Positions 35,107-49,396 of a stretch of 64,000 bases of DNA are shown in pieces; the first letter of the stretch is position 1, and every line of letters starts with the position of its first letter. The translations under genes were made by a program, and so were the position numbers. The notes beneath the pieces are model-generated. The model did no database searches. It was given only the letters and a program-made list of their open reading frames with translations, and had not been told where the DNA came from. Origin of the DNA: Phyllosticta citribraziliensis (lineage: Eukaryota); NCBI RefSeq assembly GCF_038025025.1, contig NW_027117350.1, forward strand, positions 1,178,001 to 1,242,000, in the 5' to 3' direction.

Positions 35107-38100
35107 CTTTTGACCACCACCACCTACATCCGTCATCATCACCATGGCGCACCTTAACAACCAGCCAGCCTATCCCAATCTCCTCGGCCACACTCAAGCG
35201 CAAGCGTAACCACTCCCAAAACTCCCTTTGTCCGTATTCTTAATAACCAATTTGACGCCTACCTTGTGCAGTGGGACGGTAACTGGCTCCCCCGGCTCCT
35301 CTACCATTTCATCCGGAATCTGACCTCACTCACTCAAGCGCGTCGCCGATTCCCACCTCCTCCGTCTCCCTCAATTCGACCTCGCATGCCTTTCCACCCA
35401 AGCACGACGAGTCTGACGAGGACAACGTCTACACCACCTCGAAATCGACTGCCTCCCATCCACCACCACGGTTCCCGTCGGTCGTTCATCCAGCCTGTCT
35501 GGTTTCCCCGGTGGCTCAACGCGGCGACATGAGAAACAAACCTGGGCTTGCGGAATTCCAACGACGTTGTCGACAGAATCGTGGCAATCGTTTCCAGAGG
35601 AGGGCAGGCCGACACAAATAGCAACTGAGAAGGGAAAGGGAAAACCAACAAGCGGCAAATGTCCCGCCTGCTCCCGCCTTAGCCTTGGTGTCTCGCCCCA
35701 GCAGTGCAATCAGCGACACGGCATCAAGCAATGGAGCTACAAAAAGACGGCCCTTCACCCGATGTCAATGGATCTCCTGGACAGAGCGGCAATGCCACCA
35801 ATGGAAACGTCAACGGTGGTCAGGGCCCAAAGTCTCAGCCTTCAATGTACGACACTACTCCACCTGCTTTTCAATTCAAGTCAAAAACGCGCTTGTCGAA
35901 AAAGCACTGGCTGTACTGGGCGATTCCGTCCAGCGCGACACCGCCAGGCTCTTGGTCTGCGGCATCGGCTTTCTTTTCAGCAGGAAGCAACAGAAAGCGC
36001 CAGGCGTCTAATGGCGTGTCTCCTGTCGCGCACACCCTGAGCTATGCGCTGCTGCTATCGCCGCGCGCGAAGAAGCACCACTGACGGCTTAGCTCCAAGC
36101 ACCAGGGCCTGTGCCGCTGAACCGAACGACAGCTCGCCCTTCCCCGAAATGAGAGTGAACCGTGAGGTCAGCGTCCCATGTGGATCCATGGAGCGCGGTT
36201 TCGCTGCTGGGTGACTGTGCCACTGGAGACGTTGCAGATACTGGGGTTATATGCTTTGGGGGATAAATGGTCGGGAATCAAAGAGGGCCTGTGCTCAGAT
36301 TCAACTGGGTTGCTCGACACCGCATCGGCTGTTGTTAAGCGCCCCTGCCAGGCAATACCCGTGGAGGACGGAGGCTTTGCTGTTCTTTTTCCAGTAATTT
36401 CAAGAGCCAACCAAGGACTTTAGTGCGCCGCGGCCCTGTCAATCAAGACATTTTTGAAAACGCCGCCGACGCTTGATGCGCTCCAGGAGAATAACGTGGA
36501 CACTCAGCTTTGACGTCTTGTGTGGCGTAGGCGGCCTTCTTACTACCCACCTTCTCGCAACATGCTCACCAGCAGACCGCCCTCCCTCGCCATCTCACTT
36601 CACCGTTGCTCCTTTGCATCGTTTGAATGCGGTGCGCCTCAGCACCAGGCCTGAGACAGAACGCAACCTTGACGACTCCATTCTGTCCACGCATACGGCA
36701 ATGCCAGGAGATGGCAGGCGTTCAGTTCAACCTGCTCAAAGCCAGCATCATGGGGGATGAAGACGCGGTGGTGGCAGGACATCGGCGTCCACCATCACCA
36801 CGTACCACCCATCAGCAAGCATTCAGTGCGTAGTTGAAGAAGCACGCTGGTCACCTGCACGTGTGCAGGCGACTGGGAGCGTGTCTTCAACGAGGGAGAG
36901 AAGCAGGAACCGGAAGAGTTTCTTGTCTACGGCGTCTAGGCAGAGCCTCTAGGTCGCCGGGTAGGTGGTTAGACAGAAATTCGAAGGAAGGTTCCATGGC
37001 AACGCGCCTAGAAGTGCAGAAGGAGATGTCAGATGCGACGGTGAAGGGCCACGTGAAGTAATTTCAACGACGACAGCGACAGTAAGAACACGAACATGAA
37101 AGGTTCCGCCGAGAGAATCGACGTCATGGGCGTTGACCCAGGCGCGACCGCGAACGAGCGCGACATTGAGGCCATGGACAAGGTCATCGGTGGAGAAGCG
37201 CTTGATCGCGATCAAGGGCAAATTCTCCAACGGACCCGAGAGGTCCTCGGCGACGCTGCCAGACCCGGACGCCCCTTCCAGCATCAATAAGGACGAAACA
37301 TTTGTGAACCTAGCACCAATTGGCAGTGAGTTCTCCTGCGGCGAGACCACAGACGCCTACTGCCACACGCAGTACAACCTGCTCCTTCCTCGCTGGGCTT
37401 GTCTTTTGCTCGGCGACCGCCCCGCAGGAATACTTCAACGGCTTGTTGGTGTGCGGCACGCACGGCACTCTGTCCATGCTCATGACCGACAAGAAGTTGC
37501 TGATGAAGGCCTAAGTCAAGTTCGCGCTGGTGTTGTATGAGAGGATGACGAGCAAGATCCTGTCCAAGGTTGCGGACCCGACCACAAGGTACGTGTCGAA
37601 GGTATTCATGCGCACCGACTAGGACGAAGTCTTTGTGTCGACGATGGAGTTGCCGGCGGAGATGGAGGAGAATTCCGAAGGGAGGGACGCTCTAGTCGTG
37701 CTTGGGAGCATGGTCCTGGCGGCGCAGGTGGTGAAGTACGTAAAGATGAAGAACGGCGCGATTTCCGCCGTGGGCAAGGACGCGGTGGCGAGCCCGAGGA
37801 TGGTCGAGAAGTAGCCGACTTTTGAGTGGGTCTGCTGGCTCTGGCAGTCGTCCTGAGGATGGCATGCCGCCGTTGCGAGGAACCGATTCCCAACTGCTTG
37901 AACGCCCCGGCCATGAAACTCCCCAGCCAGTGCAGATCCCGAAGCAATGGCGGATGACGTGCCCTAGTCAGCGCCAAGCTGCCCAATGACCAGAGCTGCT
38001 TCCCACTCAGCGGCGGTCCATGTTTCTAGCCCTCTTGCAGACCTAGCAGGTACATACAGGGGAAAACCCACGCACTCAGCACAGGTGGTAGGCTTCCCAA

Positions 38101-40169
38101 GTTGACTGGTGACGCGGGGTTGGACAAGGAGAATATCGCCAACTTCCCTGAGAATAATGTACGGTTGATGGTGAAAAAGATGCTCCTGCATTGAGGACAG
38201 CACAGCTGTTCGACGCGAAGGTCGGCGTGCATTCTTGCTCGAGGCTGGGCGCGGATGACACAACGCATGGGACGGCGAACAAGGGCGCCGGATGCGCATC
38301 GCACTCCCGACATGTCTTTGGCTGAATTGACCGCTAGACGCTGCTTCAACTCGCGCGGAAAACGTAGTCTTGGAGGTGTCGATGTCGGTGTCTGGGCTGG
38401 CGGCGGAGGACTCAACTTTGAGTGGGCGCTATAATGTTGAAAAGTGGCCGTCTCCTTCTTCACAATTTGAGGCGCAAGAACTGCGTGCTTCGGGTGAGCT
38501 GGTGGGATCCGTGAATCACATTCGGCGGATATGCAGTCAGTGTTGACGTGTGGTCCGCATCCGGCGTGGACGAGTTTTGGTCCTGAGGTTGCTCCAGGTC
38601 GTAGTCTCTGCTCTTGTTGTCATTAGACTCTCCTCTCCAATTAGCGACGCCCTCGTCGACGTGATGAGCTCCACGCGCAGTACCGCAGCAATTGGCTGGG
38701 CGGCCATCAGCGCGCGCAATGGGTTGATCAGTGGCCGCCGACCGCTGCGAACAAGTGAAATTGGTGGATTCCGGGGATAGCAGGTCAAGGGCGGAGTAGA
38801 CAAAGGGCGAAGAGGATGGCCTTATTGATCCAAGTGGTGCTGTCGAAACGTCCCAGTACACGAACTCGACCTGTCAGCGTGTGAGATGGTGTCTAGCTTT
38901 GAATGAAAACAGGGCAAGGGAGGCGTACATTTCGAGCAGCTTGGAGGAACTAGAACGATCGGATGTGGGGCGAAGACGGAAACGGAGGGTGATTCAACTT
39001 GTCGACCTATACCAGTGTGGTGACCGGCCTTGAATGAAGAGAGGGCGAGGAAGGCGTGCTTCTCTGGCGACGTCTGCTGGTGCGGACGCTTGCCCGGCTG
39101 CGTTTCGTCACCGGCGGAAGTACGAGCAAATATCAAGTCCCGACCATGCCCCACTTGAGAAACTCTTCAATCCTATCACAAAGGCGGCGGCGCCCTTATC
39201 ATGACGCGCCGTCGTCGCACACAAGTCATCCGGCGCAAGAAGCGATCGCGGGCTCTGGTTTACCCTTCAACTTGGCATGCGTGGCCTCAGCGTCTTGGAC
39301 CGCGACGCCCGCGGGCGGCGTCAACGGCTGCCGACATGGCATTGAACGGGTCCGTCGCGATGGCGGTCCTTCGCCCAAGATGCCCAAGATGCCCAAGACG
39401 CCCAAGGCTAAGGTGGATTCTTGGCGAGTTCTATGATGCGCATATCGTTCAAGGCAAAGGCGCCCCAAATAAGGTAGATTACGCTTTGTCCGACCTGATA
39501 GCACCCACTGAGCTGCTCCATGGCCTTGTCGGTCTCGTTCATGGGAGGAGCGCGAGATTCTTCGGTCGCTGTCTGCCCGTCGGCCGTCATACGCTCTTGC
39601 TCCATTTCAGAGTCGCGCTTCCGTTTCCTGGGGCGCTCGATCATAACAAACGGATTGGATAGGTCGATTCCCTCGTTCAAATCCTGAATTGTTTCGTCCG
39701 GAGCTCGGTCAAAGGTCCAGTCGACGTCTCCGAGCAAGGTTTCGGCATCATCGCGTCTTGTGTCCTCCACGCTTGCTTCACTCGCGGTCCTTGTTGCTGC
39801 CGGTGCCGCTCACTGGAGTTGTGTCTTCAACTATCGGAATTGAGACGGGGCCAAGGTTGTGCTGGCGCTTTTGCAGGTGTGGAGGGGTGCGTTCTGCGGG
39901 AGAGGACGGGTCGCGTTCTGCGGGAGAGGGCGACGCGCGATGTGCGGGGGAGGGCGACGCGCGATATGCGGGAGAGGACGGCGAGCATATTGTGGACGGG
40001 GGCGAGGTTGGCAAGGGTGACTAGGAGTAGCACATGGTGTAAGCAAGCATCATTTGGGTTGAATTATATGGTTGCTCACAGTGTAGAACTGTCGCTGAGG
40101 GGGACTTGGAGCGCTTCAGGGCTGTCCATCTTGCTGTTGGGTGTCAAGTCGAGGCAAATTGCGCGCCTT

Positions 40170-40765
40170 GTCGCTGGCGGGAAAGGCAACTCGCTGGCGG
40201 GAATCATACTCGCTGGCGGGAATGGCCCTCTTAGTAATCACCTTCTTTCTTGCTGGTGGGGAGGCCATTCCCGCTAGCGAGTATGAATCCCGCTGGCGAG
40301 AGAGCTGGTCACGTGAGCGAGGAAGCCATACTCGCCGGCGAGTATGCTGGTCACGTGAGCGAGGAAGCCATACTCGCCGGCGAGTATGCCGGTCACGTGA
40401 GTGAGGAAGCCATACTCGCCGGCGAGTATGCCGGTCACGTGAGCGAGAAAGCCATACTCGCCGGCGAGTATGATTCCCGCTAGTGAGTGGCTGAGTCACC
40501 CGCTGGCGAGTATGCCGGTCACGTGAGCAAGTGGCTGAGTCACCCGCTGGCGAGTATGGTTTCCGCTGGCGAGTATGCCGGTCACGTGAGTGAGCAGCTG
40601 AGTCACCTGCTGGCGAGTATGCCATTCCCGCCGGCGAGTATGCCGGTCACGTGAGCGAGAAAGCCATACTCGCCGGCGAGTATGATTCCCGCTAGCGAGT
40701 GGCTGAGTCACCCGCTAGCGAGTATGATTCCCGCTGGCGAGATTGCCATTCCCGCTAGCGAGATT
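40170..40765. repeat. Palindromic minisatellite array 3 (3 forward cores, then an inverted block with 42-bp units)
   Basis: Unit ggtcacgtgagcgaggaagccatactcgccggcgagtatgcc; 7 CACGTG and 4 TGAGTCA sites. Confidence 0.93.
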
Positions 40766-43700
40766 CACCGGCCACTACTTAACACGTCCTGGGGAGCCCA
40801 CGAGCAACTGGGCATCTTGGACAGCACGTTGGGCCAGGTCTTGTCTATACCAGACGTCCGCATGCGCGACTCGCCTTCGTAATGCTTTCAACTCCAACTT
40901 CTTTTCCTCCTAACGACGCGCTCCTAATTGCTCCAAAATTGACTCTCCTGAGTCCACAGTACCCTGGCAAGCGATGCCACCAATCAACAGGCTACAACCA
41001 CCGAGCCCTCCACTGAGCCCTCCACCGAGCCCTCGACGCGTGCGCTGCTTCAACAACACAGCACCACGCTCAAGATGTCAAGCCTGATAGCCTACCTAAT
41101 ATAAGAAATAAATGACATCTAGGAGGATATCACAGCATTTTCTCTTCAGGATATACATTCTGGACTTCGCTAATAGCGTAGGATGACACACCAAGAATAT
41201 CGGATGCGGCAACTTGGGCACCGAATCGGTTGGCTTGTGGGGTCCTCCTCCTCCTCCTCATTGAGATCTTGATCGCTTGCAGTATACACGTGGACCGCTC
41301 AGATTCGTCGCGACTTGGGGCTTCATTCCATGGCCAGGCTCTTGGGTCTGTCTGCCTTCATTTTCGGGTCTATTTGTGTGCTTCGCCCCAGCTTCAAATT
41401 CTACAGCTTATCCTCGCCTCACTCAGGGTTTCTGGTGGCTGAAGGCTTTCCCTCTTTCTATAAGAGCTCACGGAGTGTGTCGTTGACATTCGGCGCGCCC
41501 TCATTGGTGTCAACGGGTCAGCTTGGATTACAGCGGCCAAGCGGCGCCACCAGAGTCACCGCGCGCCTGTTCTCCACAAAACCACAGCGACCACTCGTCA
41601 GCCTTTCTCCTCTGAAGTCGCTCCAGGCACCGCGACTCATTCCAGAGCGAAGCAGCGAGCGAGGCTCGCCCCCGTTCCCGCGGACATTTTCTTCATCTTG
41701 TCCCCTGGAGACGAGCCCTTACACCATCCACTACCCGGCATCGACAGGCTATAAGTGTCCAAGTAGGACTGATGCAGAGAATGGTACGTGAGGTGACCTT
41801 GGCTTTGGCCGTTTACACGTTGGTGGGCCAAGATGCGATGAGACAAGAAGGAGAAGAGCAACAGCAACGGCGGGCGTAAAGAAGATGAGAGAAGAATTTA
41901 TAAGGCGGTTGTGATTCTGTTGGATTAGCGTTGGCGACACCGGGAAGAAAATTGGTCTTCCTGCACTCCCACTCTTGTTAACCTTACCTCCATCTCAACT
42001 CTACTCACCTTCATCTCAACCACTCTACAGCTATCCCAAGCTATCAGACGAGTGCGTCGCCATCTCCAATTTCTCAGCCATTCTTGCTAATCAAGACGAC
42101 TGCATAGGATTCTGTGTTTGGAGTCCGGGCATTAAAAACTTTCCTGAACCAGCCTACGCCAACGACCTACTTGAGACGTCACTGGACATTGCCGCTGTTC
42201 AAGTACTGTGTGAAATGATCCTGCTGCCTTCGTCCGCCGCCGTGCTCCTACCTCCCATCATCTGCTATCCTTTACTCACCGCCCTCATCTTTTTAGAGTT
42301 CACTTCTCACTTCGGCCCCCCATACTCCTACTACCGCCAAAGCATGTCTATAAACAGAGGTGCTTGCAAACCCCTTATAAGGATGCAATCTTGAGACAAG
42401 GTTGTAAATCTCGCAGCTGTGGGACTGAAAGAGGTAGGAGACACATTACCAAACCAAGGGAGTTTTGCGCTAGCTACCCGCTGGGCTGTTATTCAAACTC
42501 GATGTACGCCTGCTCGAATGTATCCTTCAGCTCCTACTCCTCCAGTTGGTCCGTCCTTTCATCACCTTGTGACTGACATCTTGCTTCAGTTGCTGCAAAC
42601 TATCCTTAACCTCCTTCCACTGTTTCCACGTGCGACGCCTGGTGTCGACTCGGTCCTCTGATGCTGTCGAGCCGCGCATCCCATATATTGGCCATGGTGC
42701 GGAGCCTGTCGATGACTGCCTCGCTCGTCAAGCACCATTCCTTCCATCGGGTGGTTGGTGCTTCTCGACCGTATCAAAACCCAATATATGGTGATGGATG
42801 CGGTGACCACGATGGCCATGCCTCAGCTCGCACTCCATACGCGCAACACGTTTGTGACCGCACAGGCGAGATTCATGCGCAATGTGGTTGCCACATTCCT
42901 GGCTCTTACACTTTGGTTTTCCACATTCGTGCCGGCATGCATCTTTCTTAAGAATCAGAGCTGTGGTCGCGTCCTGAACTGGAGCTGAATCAGAGGCTCT
43001 CATCCTACGCCTTAGAGATTGACCTCTGCTATGCTACCAGGACATGAACGGCGTGAAAACTTCGAGACAGGACGAGAGAACATGGAGACGCATATGCATG
43101 GGGCCAAGTTGAGCAAATATTTGGATCTGTGGGTACAGTGCTGATTGATTGAATACATAGGTGCGTGGCATTCAGCGGGGCTGGCCGTAAATCCATGACA
43201 CCACCCCCAACTCCTCCCCCACTTGCTGACGACCCATAATCCTGTGGAGAAGTGGCGGCCAGACGCGTCGGGGACTCTGAAATGGATTGTCCTGAGTGAA
43301 AGGGCTGCTGTGGGTTTCCTCGTACTGTACTTGAGGCGTGTTTGCTGTGGATGGACGTGATCGTCTCGACGGCGGCGGCAGCTCATCAACCTCGTACTCC
43401 TGAGCCCGAGCATGTTTTCTCCAAGCGTGCTTCGACGTCGGATGCTGTTATTGCTCTCGCGGGACGGGTTTGAGGCCAGATTTGACTGATGGGTACCTCG
43501 CGCCGCCTTCGTCGGCTCTGCGTTCGCTGTCGAAGTAGCCCGCCCGGGCAGCACACACGGACGGCGGATTCCAGTCTGTTCAACCTTCGAGACGCCAGAA
43601 AGTGGGAGGAGCAATCTGCGGACAGGAGACGGTGTGCTCGTCAAGTTTTGCGCGTATGTGAGCTGGAGTCGAGGCGACGATGGGCGCTCGATGAGCTCTG

Positions 43701-46700
43701 TTTGCTGGGCCGGCGCGTTGGAGTCGCGTTTCGGTAAGTTTGGTTTGCGACGAGGCCGTCGTCGACGAGAGAAGGTTTTCGTAGTGCATTTTTTGGGAGG
43801 AGAAGTCGGCGCGTAGTACAGCGACGGTTTCTTCCAGCTTTTGCGCGTAGGTGAGCTAGAGTTGAGGCGATTATGGGCGCTTGATAAGGTCTGTTTGGGC
43901 GGCCTGAGCGTTGGTGTCGCGCTCGGGCGAGGTGGGCTAGGCGGGCGAAGTAAAGAATCTGAACATTGCGGCCGTCGACCCCATGGAACGGGCGAGGCGA
44001 AGAATCTGAACATTGCGGCCGTCGACTCCATCGAACGCACCCAGCGGGTGAGGGTGCTTGTTCTCGTTGCTGCACCATGTCGTGGGTTGTAGGAGTAGCC
44101 GTTGTGCTTTGGCGTACCGGTAGAATCAGACAAGTGATGGTGAGGTGGATGCGATGAAAGAAGAGCGTCAGCGGATGTTGTGATTGATGATGGAGGAAGA
44201 AGAGGAGAGGAGGAAGAAGAAGAAGAAGAGGAAGAGGAAGAGGAGGAAAGCCCAGGTCGCCAGCTCGTCACTCCCTCCGTCTCCCCCGCCTCGTCGCCTT
44301 CGACCCGCTCGACCCATCCATCTTGCCTTTCTCAGCCAATACCGACAAACATCTGCCTCTCGGTGGCTGCCGACAACGAGAAGAGATGCTCCTCAACCAC
44401 CGCCGAGCCTCTCAACCTTCTCATCTGGCGCTTACCTCTCCTCTCCTCTGTTCGTCTCGTCCCTGCTCCTGCTGCTGCTGGATACTAATGTTGGCCAGAA
44501 GAACGACGTGAACAACTTCCAACCGTCTTCTAGATCGTGCCGGCCTTGGCTGCGGCGGCTTCATCTTGCCCGCTCGTCCCCGCCGGAAACAACTGTCGAG
44601 GATCGACTACCCACCAAGGTTCCATGATCCAAACGAGGAAAACGCGTTTGTCGACAACATCGCCCCAGCGTGGCACGTCTTTGGTGCTTCGGACGCCGCG
44701 GCCTTGTGGGCCAACCTGCGGCTCCTGACCGACGCAAAATCCGCCCAATGTCGCTACCGCATCCAACCGCATCGTTGCCAGGAGACTCTGGACGCGGCGG
44801 CGACCGAGGAGCTGGTCTAGCTAGAGACGCAAATCATTCGACTCCCTGCCATGCAGTGGAGTAGACGAGGGGAGTCCCATCTACGGCAGGGTGGTCCTGA
44901 TCAGGTCAGACAACGTCACCGTCAGTCCATCAGGCCCCGCCGGCGGGCGCATTCCTGGACGCTTGACGACTCGAACTTCATCCCTCTCACTTTCAATTCA
45001 CGACCCACCACCCTCAAGTCTCGCCAAGTCCTCCAATGTCTCCGGTCCCGCCGTACTCTCTCTGCTCCGCGCCACCCAGCGCCTGCTCAAACGCCTCAAC
45101 GCTGCTATCGGCTCCACCGCACAATTCCCGACCACTGGGGACTTGGGGCGCTGAATGCGCAAGACGTAAAGCACCGCCGCAAAAGCCGCCGACGGTCTAT
45201 TGGAATCGCCGGACAGGTCAGCTCTAGGTACACCTCCCCTTCAAGTTCTCTTTGCATGTCCGGCCCAACTTCATTCTCCGGCTGCCCAGGTATGCTTCCC
45301 GCCGAAGCTCCCCTCTCCAGGTGTGGTGCTCATAGGGGCACGCCATCGAGGTCATGGCACGATGCCAACGGCGCTGTTCGCAAAGCGCGGCCGCGTGGTA
45401 TCGCCGCTGCTGCTACTGCCATCGCCAGCGTGGCGCTCTCGCACACGTCGCCCGGGGCTCGCGAGGTCGTCAACGGCCGCCGCGCCGCCATCGAACGCTC
45501 CTCCACCTCCACACCAACAACCACCTCCACCCACGCTGCCGACACAAGGGCATAGCGAGCCCATCATCAAATGCCGTCGTCAGCGCCATCAGGCTCCCAG
45601 TCACCCCAAACACGGCTACAAATAGCAGGCCTTCTCGGCCAACAGCGGTCTCGATCTGGAAGCCCTTATGATTTGGACTACCACCTGACGCCATGCGCGC
45701 GCTACGAGCTCGCGCATGACCATCATGCGTCTACTGCTTATGCTCATACTCACAAGGCTATGATATCCCGATGGAAACTGCATGCCTGCCTTCCCTCCAA
45801 GTCTGTTGCGCGTGCTACACAAGATGACGACAAGGAAGCGAGGGCGCGTTTCCCCGGCAGAGGAGGGGACAGTGCTGTGGCGGCAGATGGTAGCACCCGT
45901 CAGACACTGAACGAGGCCGAGAGAGGCGTGCGGCGGTTGACGAGAAGCGTGGGAGATGTTAAGAGAGCACCAGGACCATCGGCTTGGCATGTTGGTGCGA
46001 AAAAAATGGTTGACAGAGGTGGATGACACAGTTCTGGGGGCTGACAAGTGCACATGGCTTGTTATTCTGACCAAATCCTGCTCATGGGACGATCCGGCCG
46101 TTGTTCCCAGCAGCCACCGTGTTTGAGAGATGAGGCGGCGGCGCTGTCAGGCGCGTTGCCGACGAAGTCGGGACGACCCTGGCGCACTGTTGATGCTGAT
46201 ATTGCTATTGCTAGAGTCCTCCAACCTAACATCAATGTCATTATCACTTTCAGAGCCTTGCTTCGCTCTATTTCCAAAATAATCAGCCCAGGGGTCTACT
46301 GGCTTCCGTTTGGCATGGGAGCTGGATTGTTGTCAGGTTTGCTGGACTTCATCTTGATCGCTGCGGTGGTATCCTCAGGCTCCCTCTCGACGTCTTGCTT
46401 GACAAGCGGTTCTAGCTCTTTGATGGCATCGCCATTATTATCTGCAGGGCCAGTGAAGACCTCCTTGGGGCACCGGAAACGCGGTCGAGTACTGCGGTGA
46501 TGTCCGTCAGTGCCGCCGTAATTCATTATATTTTCTCTATGTAGTGGTGGTGATGCTTTGATTTGAGCCACGGGCTGGGCTTTTTCATTTGATATTCATC
46601 CATAGCCCTTGTTCCTCCTCCTCCACCCCCCATCTCCCACTGATTGCCCGACTCTTCTGTGCACAACAGTCACCAAGTGCCGTTGAGCCCGCGCTGCCGT

Positions 46701-49396
46701 CTGGAGGCTCGTGGCTAAGACTCGATCGAGCTTCCTGGCAAAGCGCGTGAGGTGCTCGTGCGCGCAGCTGCTTCGCGTCCCCCCCTCCCCCCTTTTATCA
46801 TACTCGGCAACCAGCTGCGGGTGAATTTCCTCTTCCCGCTCCATAGTCGCGGCGTTTATGGCCGGAGCGAGGCCAGGCGCGGGAGGCATCATCTTCCGTA
46901 ACTCTCTTCCCGGTCATACGAAGACAAGCGCGGATTGAGCGAGCGTGGCGGGCCTGGCAGCAAAAGGTCAGTCAGTCAGTCTGCTAAGTAGCAGGCAGGG
47001 CTCGACTTGCATGACGCCACCGATGGGGCCGTCATACTCCTCGCCATCAACACCAGCAGCAGCAGCAGTGGTCGAGCTGCCATGGCGACCGTCAGTGCGG
47101 ACGCTGCCTCTGACGACTCTTCGTCGGCTGGCGTGCCGGGCCCGCCGGCCATGGCCGTACCGCTCTCATCATGCCTGATACTCGCGCGTCGGCCAAAAAA
47201 AATTGGAAAGGGGCCGTCGCGATACATAAATGCGGCGCGCGCAAACTCGAAGTCGCACCAAAGCTCGTCGTCCTCGGGCGGCCACACGCGGCCTCAGCAA
47301 CTAACTCTCACGAACGACGCACCGGCTCGGAATTCGACGGCCGCCTGGCCGGCCCACCATGGCGATGGATTTGCTGTGAAAGTCCACGTTGGCGTTGGTC
47401 TGCACGCGCTCATTGATTGATCCAGCTGCGCAGGTGTTCGCACTGTACTGGTCGACTGGATTTTGGGCAACAAGTCCTTTGTCAGTGCGGTGCGCCTTGT
47501 ATGGCCGTACCAGCAACAGCGGAATCTGCAATTAGGAGCTTCATGATGAGACAGTCTCTTGTACTCTCGTGAAGTTGTCCTTTTGTGGAAGTCGACCTTT
47601 GGATTCGGCCTCGTCTCAGCCTCAGCCTTGACAACCTTGCGCGCGCGCACATGCCGAGGAAGATGAAGACGCTAAAGTACTTTTTTTTAGGCGTCGTCAT
47701 CACGCTCAAGGGCTCGCTTGAGCAGCTGTAGAATCAGGTCGAGAAAAGTGGCGTCCGGCTGCTTGATTTCCGGCCTCTACTTGGCTGTGGCCGAGTTTCA
47801 CGACCAACTAGGGGCTGAGCGCGCACGTCCTGGTCGACAGTAGGCCGAGGGATGGTGGGCCACGGCTTTTGAATTGCTTGCTGCAGTCTTTGGTCCAATT
47901 ATGATGCGCTGCGTTTTGGATTCGGGCAGGCATCAAGATGCCAGGCAATTTCTTCGAGAGGCGAGGAGACGTGATGATGATCGTCAGCCACGCGCTTCGA
48001 CTTCTAGAGACGGCAAACGATTTTAGCAGCATTCGTGTGGGCCCATGGCCGGAAAGACAAGCTTCGTAGTGAGCCGGTGGGCGGGCCATCATCATCCCTA
48101 TAGGGATTCTAGTGCGCCGCGGCTGCTATTTCTTCGTCGGTGGTGGTGATTAGATGACAGTCCCAGCGGTTGAAGTCTCCCGTTTGCCTAGAGCGGAATG
48201 CGGAAGAGGGATCAATGTCCACAGACTCGATCCCGTCTTGACCAACCACAGCACTAAAACTTTTCAAGGCCAATCTCGACACCAGCGTCGCTGGCCACGA
48301 CCAACTCCAGCTTGTAGACACGTCAGAGGCTCTTTAAAAAGAGCACAAGATGGCCGGGCATGTCGTCTATGGGTCTGGAAGGCAGGACACGAGGTACTGG
48401 AATGATGAATTGGGACATGGTTTCAAGATGGATCTTTGGTTATTTGCGGGCGGAACCAGCAGCAGCATTGGAGAATGGGACGGGTTGCTGGTACTCGAGG
48501 GGAAATCCAGAATTTGACGTGCATATGCCATTGACGGGGAGGACCAAATAGAACATTTGTTTCAGGCGTTTCGAGCTGGATGTGTGCGAGACATGATTGG
48601 GACACGAAGACTGACCACCAGGACAGTCATGGCCAATTCAAAGACTCGGACTCGGACATGGCCTCTCTTATTCCCCGGCTGCACCATCATCATCACCACC
48701 AGTTGTGCGCCCAATCCACCGCTTTTAGATCCATCGGAGGCCTGACCAAGACACGTTGTCCCACCACTGTCCATTCAATCGATGTGGTGCTGGCGGCCGA
48801 TACCGAGTCGTGGGGTTTCAGGCTGTATGGATTGAGAAAAGGCGGCAGGAGGAGGAGGAGGAGGAGGAGGCGGCGTTGATACTGTGACAATCAGTCGCAA
48901 ATGGCGACAGCACAAAGTCCATAACTTCAGGCGCTGCGGTCCTTGAGCCACGCTGCAAGCCGTCGACACAACGCGGCCAATCTGGCGCAGCTGGAAAACC
49001 AACGTACTTTGGCGACACCTGATGATACTGAGACTTCCAGGTTGTACGCCCTCTTGTTGTTGAACTTGATTGTGCAGTCCGTCTCGTTTGTTCCCCAGTG
49101 TCATCTTTCTCTCTGAAGCTGCGTGACAGTGCGACAGGGGTGCGATGGTTGCCGGAGCGAGACTGTCCCCGTGAAGTAGCCATCGACACAATCTCGGGTG
49201 ACAGGGCATCGTGACGCGGCCGCAGCTACTGGAGGAAGATGAAAAAGCAATGATAGAGATGGTAGTGATGGCGACGAGGGATGGCCTTGGTCGTGCTGGT
49301 GTTTGTGTTGAAGTGTCCAGTGAAGGAAGTGGAGGAGAGCTTGTCGGAGAAACGTTTTGCTAGCACGTCCAACATGCATGCATGTCTCGACGACGA

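Noticed and set aside
40170..40765. CRISPR array
   Set aside because: The DNA is eukaryotic, there are no unique spacers (the intervening parts also repeat), and no cas genes are present.
40116..40882. ORFs over the repeat arrays (also at about 29.7, 35.0 and 56.4 kb)
   Set aside because: They are translations of the minisatellite that stay open in several frames on both strands.
41975..42988. Possible mating-type (MAT1-1-2-like) relic
   Set aside because: Only a vague 'VWSPG' resemblance; there are no supporting motifs or MAT neighbours.
43012..44271. 419-aa minus-strand ORF
   Set aside because: It is low-complexity and Ser/Arg/Pro-rich, starts in a microsatellite, and has no domain. Internal duplications and frame switching suggest a decayed gene at best.
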